DNA from: Octopus bimaculoides
Taxonomy: Eukaryota
Assembly: GCF_001194135.2 (NCBI RefSeq)
Contig: NC_068989.1
Coordinates: 55,426,307-55,490,306 of the forward strand
Direction: 5' to 3'
DNA length: 64,000 nucleotides
In this document: one piece after another, positions 53,751-64,000 of the stretch
Layout of the letters: the number at the start of each line of letters is the position of its first letter
Position numbering within the stretch: position 1 is the stretch's first letter
Made by a program: the position numbers and the translations under genes
The notes under the pieces: generated by a model
The model's input: the letters and a program-made list of their open reading frames with translations, nothing else
What the model was told of the DNA's origin: nothing
Database searches by the model: none

Positions 53751-54341
53751 CATCATCAATGATAGCAAATGTTTGACCCTACAGGACTTAATTTCATACT
53801 TTTATTTACATTAAGCATACCCATTGTGTACACCATGTCCATGATTAACAAAGTATAATAGCAGCTTATAAAAATAAATTAATCAGGTACAGAGAAAATA
53901 TTTATAAATAAATGCAGGCAGAAACACATGATAGTTAATGTAAAACAGTTAAACTATTACTCACAGAGAGCAAGTAAAAGAAATAGAACATGACAGGGAT
54001 TGGTCAGCACACACCAGAGAACTAACCAACTTAGGATGGAAATATGAGAATTGATAGCAAAAGCCAAGGAAATAAATACGTCAAACTGATAAAGCAGGCT
54101 AGAGACTATTTAGAAAAAATAATCATCATCATTTTAACATTCGTTTTTCCATGCTGGCATGTGTTGGTTGGAATTTGTTGAGGAAGATTTTCTACAGCTG
54201 TATGGTTACATTTGCTTCTCAATCACATAGTTTCAGGTTTAGTCTTATGGTGTGGTATTTTAGGCAAGTGTTTCCTACTATGATGGCCCCCAGGCCAACC
54301 AAAGCCTTGTGAGTAGATTTGGTAGATGGAAAACTGAATGA

Positions 54342-54397
<56 letters not shown>

Positions 54398-54409
54398 CTC
54401 TCTCTCTCT

Positions 54410-54419
54410 NNNNNNNNNN
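54410..54419. other. Assembly gap (10 N) within a microsatellite
   Basis: N run with the same (TG)n-cgtc-(TC)n sequence on both sides. Confidence 0.99.
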
Positions 54420-54440
54420 TGTGTGTGTGTGTGTGTGTGC

Positions 54441-54485
<45 letters not shown>

Positions 54486-55956
54486 CTCTTGTCTTGACAT
54501 TGCATGGTAATTGTAAATGAATATCATTCATTCCCAAAATGTTACACAAACATGTCTGGCCATAGAAAAATCTGCCTCAATAAATTCCTTCTGACCCATT
54601 TTAATGGGTCAAAATTATCACAAACTCTTTTTGACCCATTTTAACGGGTGAAAATTATCATGCATGCAAAATTATCAACATTATTATTTAACGTCCACTT
54701 TTAATTCACTGCTGGCATGGATTGGATGGTTTGACAAGAACCAGTAAGTCACAAAGCTGCAGCAAGCACAAAACAATAATGATGAACATATACATGTATA
54801 TTTATATTTATATGTATATATATATAGATTTGTTCATTTGTTTTACATCCATTTTTTCCATGCTAGCATGAGTTGGATGAATATGATTACTGAGGCATTA
54901 TTTTACAGTCAGATATTCTTTCTTGTTTTTCAAGAGGTTTCTTATTCTTTTTTTATATTCCACTTGCCTTTGAAAGTGCAGAAGCTAGAAAAGACAATTT
55001 TCTTGACAAAGAAGATCAACAAACAACACCATTTTCAGCTCAATACTTTCATGTGAAAGTGCAGAGTGTTAGCATTAACCAGGACAAACCCAGACACACA
55101 GGCATATGAATTAGGAGTCATTAACAGTGTTTTGTTTCAATGCTATACTATACTAAATACTATATCAACAGATTTTAGCCAATATTGTATGTAACAAACA
55201 GATATAACTTTACATGAAATATCTGTGTAGGCAGAAAAAAGGGGATCTGCCAAGCAAGTTTCAATCCTGTGATGGGATTCTGTCAGCAACTGAGTAGTAC
55301 TACTTTTAACTGTCCATGAAGACACTGCTTGTAAATCCACTACTACTAAAATCACTGATGAAGTACCAACACAGGATTAAAACTAGTCCAGCTGCCTTGA
55401 AGAGTGTAGTCAAAGAAATCAAACCCAGGCTACACTATGCAGTGAGACTGAACACTGAACTATATGGCAGTAAAGTGATCGCCTTAATCACACAGTCATA
55501 CTTATGTCTATGTCCTAACTGTAGCCAGACATTTGTATGTGCTAAATTCATGTGCACATGCATGTGCATGTGTGTACATGCACATACATCTTGGACAAAT
55601 CTATTTGGTCAGTATATGAAAAAAACATTAGATCAATGTTGATGATGATAACAACAATGACGAGTAGAACAAAACATACTCTATTTTGTTTGTATTGAAG
55701 CTGAAAATAGTATAGGATTAGAGACTATATTCGAATATATTCAACAATAAAACTTTTTCTTTGTATAGCCTATAGTATATATAACCCAGGAGAATACACA
55801 TTACGAGGTGAGAGATATGAAGTAACAAAGTGAATAAGTGTTCATTAGAAGAGAGAAGTAAGAAGGAGCCTCAAGACAGAGAGTGTACAATATAATAGAA
55901 AGAAAAATATGCTTCGAGTAATTGATCAGTAAAGTGAAAAATGTAAACAAAAGGTA

Positions 55957-56159
55957 AATAATCCTTTCTGTTATAGGTACAAGGCCTGAAATCTGGGGGA
56001 GGGAGATAGTTGATTGCATCAACCCCAGTACTTGACTGGTACTTTTATCATCAACCCCGAAAGGATGAAAGGCAAAGTCAACGCCGATGGAATTTGAACT
56101 AAGAATGTGAAGACAGATAAAATGCCTGGCGTGCTAAGGATTCTGCTCGATTGCTGCCT
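55957..56159 (-). mobile_element. SINE family B
   Basis: aatcctttct.ttataggtacaaggcctgaaat...ccccgaaaggatgaaaggcaaagtcaac...atttgaact. Confidence 0.85.
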
Positions 56160-56378
56160 TTGACCAAAAATATTAAAAAAAAAAAAAAAAAGGTAAATAA
56201 TATGAAGTAAAATGCTAGGTGCCAAAGAGAGGGAGGAGTGATTCTCAAAACCAGGATGTGAGAGGAGACAGGGTGATAATATATAAGGTTTCAAAATGGA
56301 TTAGTATGGAAGAGTAACTTTTGAAATAATAGCACAGACAAACATACACACATGGATGTAACTATGACAGGAATAGCA

Positions 56379-56607
56379 TTCATCCTTTAACATTCAGATT
56401 ATTCTGTCAAATATAATGTTTATTTATGCACATTGTTTTGAATTTATCATGCATTATCTAGTAGCTTCAAGATTTCAACGACGTGTCAGTTTATTTTATA
56501 AATGACATGGTAGGATAAGCATGAGAAGCCAGATCTGGCCAGTTTAAACATAAAACAGGTAGAATATTTGGGGTTGGATATGGCCAGTTTAAATGCTAAA
56601 GAGTTAA
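56379..56607. mobile_element. piggyBac-type MITE, family 1
   Basis: Aligns with 18019-18245 (cattcagatt, catgcattat, gatctggc, cataaaacaggtagaatat); ends aaatgctaaagagttaa. Confidence 0.65.
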
Positions 56608-57287
56608 ACTGATTATTTACGTAACTATTAAGTTGTTCAGATTATTTAGAAAACCTGTTTTTGTCTATGGGAGAACAACAATTGCTACTCTGAAATAAAC
56701 TACACAACAAAATGAAAATTTTATTGGAAAAAGAATTAAAAATTATGAATGAATAGATTATGAAAGAATCAAGAAAAATAACAAGTTCCAACATAAGTAC
56801 AAAGTCACTTAGCTGAGAAGATGGAAGTTGATTAAAACAAACCCAGTACTGGGTTGCTGACAAAAGAGCTGTCACTAAATAAGCACAAGTCATTTTATTT
56901 GTAGCTCTACCAATTCAGCAACCTACATGTATTAATGGAGAGATGTAATATTGCTCCATTTAATTACCAATTTCACAACAACCAACAGCTGACTGAAGAA
57001 GGGGTGGGGTGGTGAGTGTGTGGCAAACAAGTAGGCTAAATTGCTTAATTAATTTTAGCAGTCAAGTTGGTGCTTCACAGCTTCAGATTTAAAACTCTGA
57101 CAAGGTTCACTTCATTTTGCTTTGCTTTGGGAATTGATAAAATAAATAGCAGAAGCATTCATAGCTATATAGCTTATAAGGTTTCATTGGTTGCTGCTGT
57201 TGTTGTTGTTGTTGTTTAGCCCCAGGTTATCTCTGGCTGAGTAGACCTATGATCAAATGTGTCCAGATGTCCCAACACTGGTTATCC

Positions 57288-57559
57288 TACATTATTTACA
57301 ATTGACGGATATTTGTCCTCATCTTGTATGTTGTTAACACAATGTTTCGGCTGATATACCCTCCAGCCTTCATCAGGTGTCTTAGAGAAATTTCGAACCT
57401 GGGTTCTCATTCCTTAGGTATTTTTCGAAATTTCCCCAAGACACCTGATGAAGGCTGGGGGGTATATCAGTCGAAACGTGTTAACAACAAACAAGATGAG
57501 GGCAAATATCTGTCTAATGTAAATAATGTACATAATTCCTCATCTCTTAAATATAGAAC
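57288..57559. mobile_element. Second copy of the palindromic hammerhead-motif element (~110 bp arms)
   Basis: Same arms and the same one-sided tail (aattcctcatctc.taaatatagaac) as 3732-3977, with a longer spacer. Confidence 0.75.
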
Positions 57560-58410
57560 TGTACTGGTTATCTTATTTCTTCCTTCCTAGATGCAGTATA
57601 CCTGTGACTACATTACTTAATGTACCTGGCATTACATAATACTGGCTTCACCACTGGAGGTTAACTCCATTGGCCTTACAAGTTTTCTTAAATAGAGCCA
57701 TTAGAATCCATCCAATATTATCAAAATATAGTATACCAACAGCAAGAATAGTAACAAGGAGAAAGATAAATAAAAAAAAACTAAAATACAAGCATCAACA
57801 TATTACATAAGTGTTGTATTCTGGAAAATTTTACTGAAATATGGAATTTCCAACCATGAAATTTATTATTTCCCATTGACTCCCATTACTCAGAGGTCAT
57901 GAAAAAATAAAAAGTTCATGATATGAAATTCCACTTTACAAGATATAAAGTAATGCAATGCTTCTGTCATGCAGCAGGGAGATAGGGATTGAATATCAAA
58001 AATAAAATTAATGGTTGGTCAGGATAGGTTAGGACAGACAGGGCTAGAGAGTGAATTTAACTCAAATATCAATAGGACAAGCAAATGTAGGTAGAGAGAA
58101 ACAGAGTTGTTACATGAGTGAGTTAACGCTTACATGAAAACATAGTAAACACAGACAGACATTAGTTGTTTACAAATAAGGATATTTTCATTATAATTTG
58201 ATATTTGGATTTTCAAATTCGTTGCAATGCACCAAGGAAAAGATTTTCAGTATCACCTCCACAACTTTAGAGTGAAAAATTAAATGCAATACAGCTAAAA
58301 CCTAAGGAGTGCATCACAGATATAAACTCAGATATAGTGTTGTTATGGGTTATAGTTCTGGAAGCAAGCAAACATAGAAAATAGCTATGTTAATTTAAAA
58401 ATGAAGATGA

Positions 58411-58600
58411 CACATAAAAGGCACCCACTGCACTCTTGGAGTGGTTAGCATTACAAAAGGCATCCAGCCGTAGAAACCATGCCAAATCAGACTGGAGCCT
58501 GGTACAGCTCTCCAAACTGTCTAACCCATGCCGGCATGGGAAATGGATGCTGTGATGATAATGATGATGGTGATGATGATGATGGTGATGATGATGAGTA
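58411..58600 (+). mobile_element. Repeat family C with (GAT)n tail
   Basis: gcacccactgcactcttggagtggttagc...aacccatgccggcatggg followed by gatgatgat. Confidence 0.8.
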
Positions 58601-58609
58601 TGGGCATAT

Positions 58610-58932
58610 GGCCTGGCTCTCCATTCGTTATGATAAATGTTCCAGTTGATCCAATTAACAGAACAGCCTGCTCATGAAGTTAACATGCAAGTGGCAGAGT
58701 GCTCCATAGATACGCATACCCTCAATGTAGTTTTCAAGGAAATTCAGCATGGCATAGAATGTGATAAGGGTAGACATTTAAATTGCAGGTATAATTCATT
58801 TTTGTCAGCTGAGTGAACTGGAGCAACATGAAATAAAGTGTCTAGCCCAATGAGACAATGTGTTGCCAAGCATCAAACTCACAATCTTATGATCATGTGC
58901 TGAATGCCCTAACCACTAAGACACACACCTTC
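58610..58932 (-). mobile_element. tRNA-derived SINE family D, diverged
   Basis: Minus-strand head gtgtgtcttagtggttagggcattcagc...gtgagtttgatgc and central ttgctccagttcactcagctg block. Confidence 0.6.
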
Positions 58933-59051
58933 CTGATAAGCATATAAGCCATCTATTAAACAATCAAATCTTATTAGGAAATGTATTTATATCTTGTGAA
59001 GAATCCTCTTTACACAGCAGTAACACATATGCCTATGTAGAACTGGGAATA

Positions 59052-59158
<107 letters not shown>

Positions 59159-59463
59159 ATATGGTGAAAAATTAAAAAAATCTAGATGATAAGTTCAAAG
59201 TGGCGTGTGTGTGTGTGTGTATGCACACACACACACAAGAGACATACACAAAGTAACATATATTTTGTGTCTCGAAATATATGAGTATATAAGTATAAGT
59301 ATACACATATATGTTTATGTCTAGGTACATATGTATATGCATCTATAAATACATGTTGAGAAAACTGTTGCAAATCAGATGGGCTTTCTACATCACTCAA
59401 CAATTCTTAAATGAACAAACCTAAGTACCAAATAACAACATCAATAACAACACCAACAACAAC

Positions 59464-59506
<43 letters not shown>

Positions 59507-59554
59507 TCCCTTCTACATTTATTTTGATAAGTGTGCTGACCAATTACACCAAAG

Positions 59555-60202
59555 GTTTCTAATTTAGGCACAAGGCCAGTAATTTCAGTGGGAGGGGTTT
59601 AGTTGATTTCATCAACCCTAGTACTTGACTGGTACTTTATTTTATGAATCCCAGAAGGAATGAAAAGCAAAGGTGACTTTGGTATTATTTGAACTCTGAA
59701 TTTGAAGGGTCATAATTAAATAAATAAATGCAACACATTTTTTTCTGATCATTCTAAGGACTCTGCCAGTTTACCACCTTTGATAACCTTTTCCTATCAT
59801 AGGTATAAAGTAAAACAGTCAATTATACTGACCCCGTGCCTGACCGACCCTTTACTATATCCACCCCAGAGGGATGAAAGGCAAAGTTGACCTGGCCAGG
59901 ATTTGAACTCAGAATGGAAGGTATCAGAATACTACAAAGCATGTTTTCTGACATAGATTCTGCCAACCTGCCACCCTAATAATAACAATAAAAATATTAC
60001 TCTCTATTATAGGCACAACGCCTGAAATTTTGGAGGAGCAGGCTAATCAGTTACTTCTACCCCAGTGCTCAACTGGAACTTATTTTATTGGCCCCAGACA
60101 GATGAAAGGCTAAGTTAACCTTATTAGAATTTGAACTCAGAACACAAAGACATGAAATGCCACTAAGCATTTTGCCTGGCATACTAATGATTCTGCTAGC
60201 TC
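59555..60202 (-). mobile_element. Three consecutive SINE family B copies (about 59555-59780, 59782-59977, 59995-60202)
   Basis: Each has a ga(a/g)ggatgaaa(a/g)gc-like block, atttgaactc.gaa, and ends in (t/c)tctgc(c/t)a.c. Confidence 0.8.
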
Positions 60203-61032
60203 AATAATAATAGCAAAAACTTCTTAGAATACAAGAACTTAATTATTGGTGAGTTTGATGTTTGTTGTCCATTCCACTCAAGCATAGATTCTAATAACAA
60301 CTTTTTCAATTTGTAGTAGAAAAGAATTTGTCATATTCATAGCTTTCTTAAAAGTACTCGCAAATATCAATAAAGTGATTTCTGCAAGGAACTGAAGCTA
60401 TTCTTCTATTCTATAGCACTCCCTAAACAGGTGATGTACAGGGTGAGGGGAAAACAGATACGTAACTCAGTTAAACAGTACAAAACAGAGTATGAAATTA
60501 TAACTTTGAAGCACTAAACAAAGGACAGCCTAGATAACTATTGTCTTAGCCATAAAAATTTTAAGTCTCTCAGCAGTTAATTAGCATTATATATATAAAT
60601 ATATAAAAAAAAAAAAAACAGCAGTTACCTAAAAAAATTCCTCTGATTACATGTAAAAATTCTTTCAGCTGAGAAGTTAGTGACAAAAAACATCAAAAGT
60701 TGAAATAGCTAACCTTGAGTGAATTTGGATGAAGAATCACAACAGAAGGAGGCCAGCCGCAGATACAGAGTACAACCACACCAAAGTTTGGAAAAACGGT
60801 ATAAGAGGTAGGCAAAGGGTTATATCAATGTATGAATTCTAAAATCCCTTCTAATGAAATCACCAAAAACTTTACACCAAATCATTTTAATATGGGGTGG
60901 GGGGAACTATGCAAACAGGTCAGGTGATAGAGTGACAATTCATAACTGAAAGCATACCATATAGTCATACATGCACATGCAAATTATGCATCTGTGTAAT
61001 ATCTTTCCATTGCATACACATTCATAGCTGCA

Positions 61033-61034
<2 letters not shown>

Positions 61035-61112
<78 letters not shown>
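61035..61112. repeat. (AT)n microsatellite
   Basis: Read directly from the sequence. Confidence 0.97.
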
Positions 61113-61116
<4 letters not shown>

Positions 61117-63104
61117 CATTATATATATAATACATATATAAAGCTTCTATTTATAATGCATTTATATAATCAAAAGAAATTGGAGAACTGCAAAGCATTA
61201 CAATTGTCAAGAAGAATTGATATTGGTGCTATATGGAACAGCAGTAGCACCGCCTCTTCATGAAGTTTGATAACTTTTTTTTGTTTGAAGTAGAGCACAA
61301 AAGTATGCTCAATATAGGCTCATGCAAGAGCAAAACTAAACATTAGAAAATGTTTTAAACTCAATGAAAGACACACTAAAGTTGGTATTGAAAAACAAAA
61401 AAAACACAAAAAATTGCAATAATAATAATAATAAATAATGTATTCTTCCCTTTCTGTCTCTCAATGTATCTCACCAGAACAACTTCCAATCCCCAATGAA
61501 AGAACAACAAGATAAGAATTGCTAAGCTAACAGTCATTTGTCACGAGTGCAGGAAGTGGGAGTACGACAAGCAGATCAGCCAGTCTGATGTAAGCCACAA
61601 TAGCTTCACCTCTTTATTATATTCGCAACACTCTTCATGGAAATCTACACTCAATATAGACATTATGGAAACTAACACAAGGCAGAACTTGAGAGGAAAA
61701 GACCTCAAGAATAAGCAAGGCAAGGAAAAAAAATATATAACAAGCTATTGGTAAATGTGGACAAATAGAGAGTAATGTTAGAGATCATGCCAGTATTTTG
61801 GCAAGAAAGGAATTCTTTTAAGTGGTTAATGTAAAATGTCTTAGAAAATGATTTTAAATAAAATAAGAATAATAATTAAAAAAAAAAAAGGCATGAAGAG
61901 AAATGACAAGTGAATAGCTGCAATTGAAATAGGAATAATTCAACTTATACAGAATATCTCTTTATTCATGCTATCAATAAGGACTGCTATATAGCTATGT
62001 CACTGATAAACGCCTTTACTAGGTAGTGAGCGGAAAATTCTAGAGAATTGTAGTAAAACATCAAATGAAAAATCTTTTATAAAAACACAAAAAAAAAAGC
62101 AATATCTTACACACATATAAAAGGTAAGGGGGGGGGGAGCAAAAAGAGCTAATAAGAATTTTCAAAGTAAAGCAGTATTTTGATGGATAATCAGTCATAG
62201 TTAAGAATAATATTAATATATAGAGGATTTTTCAGTGGTAAACACACAAGGTAGGGTCGGTTGTTAGAATTCTGAGATAAAAAGTCTTTATTAATGCGTA
62301 TACATATATTATTCTGGTACCGGAACACAAATTGTAAGCAACCAATAGAATTGCAACAATCTGAGGCAGGTTTCTGTTAGCACACAATGATAAATCTTGG
62401 AAACTTTGCTGTCAAAAGCTATCAGGTGAAAAGTATTGAAAATAAAACTAATAATAAAAATGTTCACTAAACATACCATTGACACAAAAGTAGATTTGTT
62501 AGAGAATAAGATGTTATTTGAGAAAGTTAAAAGATGTTAGTAGCCACAGGCAATAGTTAGTTACACCTCGTGTATTAAGTTGGTTGGTTATTATTTCTTT
62601 GTTGTTGTTTTTTTTTGCACACGCACACATATATATACATGGCACATTTGGTTATCATTCCTTTTCATCTTACATCATAATTAACTTGAGAGCAATAAAA
62701 GACCAAAATAAAATTATCAATAAATAAGTAAGCATAAAAGATTACAAGGAAAGAGAGAGAGGGGGGAGAAAAGTAAAATAAAATGTACAAGATAAAATGC
62801 CAGTTTAGAAAAAAAAAATCCAAACTGAGAAATTTGCACAGAATGAACCCAGCAACAACTAAAAGTTATTTCTGCATTCTGATATAATTCAGGTAAATAT
62901 GGTAGGGGCATGCACATGTAATATAGCAAGGTGAAAACTTTCTATTAAGATTATCCAAGCAATTAGTAGATAAAAACTCCCTCCACAGGGTGTTTAAACC
63001 TTAAAAACAACAAGTCAGATAAATCTATATTGTTGATATTCATAATCACTGTTACTACATTGCCTCCACTCCTGTATGTATGAGTGATGATGTGTATTGT
63101 ATAC

Positions 63105-63320
63105 ACATTCCAGTGCCACATAAAAGAGCACTCATACCGGTGCCACATAAAGAGCACCCAACACACACTGTAAAGTGGTTGGTGTTAGGAAGGACATCCA
63201 GCCATAGAAAGCAAGCCAAATCAAATTGGAACCTGGTGCAACCCTCCTACTTGCCAGCTCCAGTCAAACCATCCAACCCATGCCAGCATGGAAAACAGAT
63301 GTTAAAGGATGACGATGATG
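63105..63320 (+). mobile_element. Repeat family C
   Basis: gtgccacataaa repeats, catccagccatagaaa, catccaacccatgccagcatggaaaacagatgttaaaggatgacgatg. Confidence 0.8.
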
Positions 63321-63329
63321 TGTATATAA

Positions 63330-63470
63330 GTGTGGCTGGGTGGTTAAGAAGCTTGCTTCCCAACTATACTGCATTGGGTTCAGTCCCACTGTGTAGCACT
63401 TTGGGTAAGTGTCATCAACTACAGCCCTGGACCAACCAAAACCTTGAGAATGGACTTGGACAGAAACTAA
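63330..63470 (+). mobile_element. SINE family A, 5' half
   Basis: gtggctgggtggttaag...gggttcagtcccactgtgtagcactttgggtaagtgtc. Further fragments at about 6770-6865, 40023-40170 and 54218-54343. Confidence 0.8.
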
Positions 63471-63531
63471 AACAAAACAATGATATGAAACACACATGTC
63501 ACTCTGAGATTAATGATTCTGCTGCTGCTGC

Positions 63532-63580
<49 letters not shown>

Positions 63581-63670
63581 TGCAGCATATAAAAGTAGCT
63601 TGACAGTAGCCTTTTATAATAAGACATTGCACCAGTTATATTGATCTTTATATATCTGTTTGAAAATGAA

Positions 63671-63709
<39 letters not shown>

Positions 63710-64000
63710 TGTGTTTGTGTGCGCGTGCACATGTGTGTATGTTTGTGTGTGTGTGCACATGGTTGATAGTGGATATGTGCACAAATGTAAGCAAATACCC
63801 ATGCAAATTTCTGTGAAGATTCATGCATGGACATGCATTCTTTCATGCACACACATACACACAATCACATACCTGCAAATGTCTATGGAGCTGATATAAG
63901 AATATGAGTGAAGTACGATTATCAGTCAGTAGTAGTAGAGAATGAGTGTGCAGAATTCCATTTGTATATGAAGAGAAAGAGAGTTATCAATGAAACAGAC

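Noticed and set aside
54345-54490. Apparent direct duplication of (TG)n-cgtc-(TC)n
   Set aside because: The two copies flank a 10-N gap; most likely an unmerged contig overlap.
54590-54665. Short tandem duplication containing the palindrome tgacccattttaatgggtca
   Set aside because: A two-copy local duplication of about 40 bp with an ~8-bp stem; not distinguishable from background.

Overview
This is an AT-rich animal genomic window with four N-gaps. Its microsatellite load and tRNA-SINE repertoire point to a coleoid cephalopod, probably Octopus (inference). One protein-coding gene spans most of it on the minus strand: a Pax transcription factor. Two exons (17450-17615, 4448-4585) splice in frame into a paired domain ([102 protein letters not shown]). 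The divergent N-terminal hairpin best fits the spiralian Pax-beta family. Two phase-compatible upstream exons (50105-50735, 22579-22824) would add about 292 aa before the paired domain, across introns of 27.3, 5.0 and 12.9 kb. The end of the paired domain and the C-terminus were not found and presumably lie left of base 1. The introns hold several SINE families, RTE-type LINE, Gypsy RT and Tigger/pogo remnants, mariner- and piggyBac-type MITEs, and minisatellites. The most notable non-gene signals are two long palindromes whose arms each carry a Penelope-type minimal hammerhead ribozyme motif, an inverted SINE pair around the frame-symmetric paired-box exon, an orphan triple C2H2 remnant, and an unidentified 297-codon decayed frame. 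All calls are from reading the sequence; no database searches were run.
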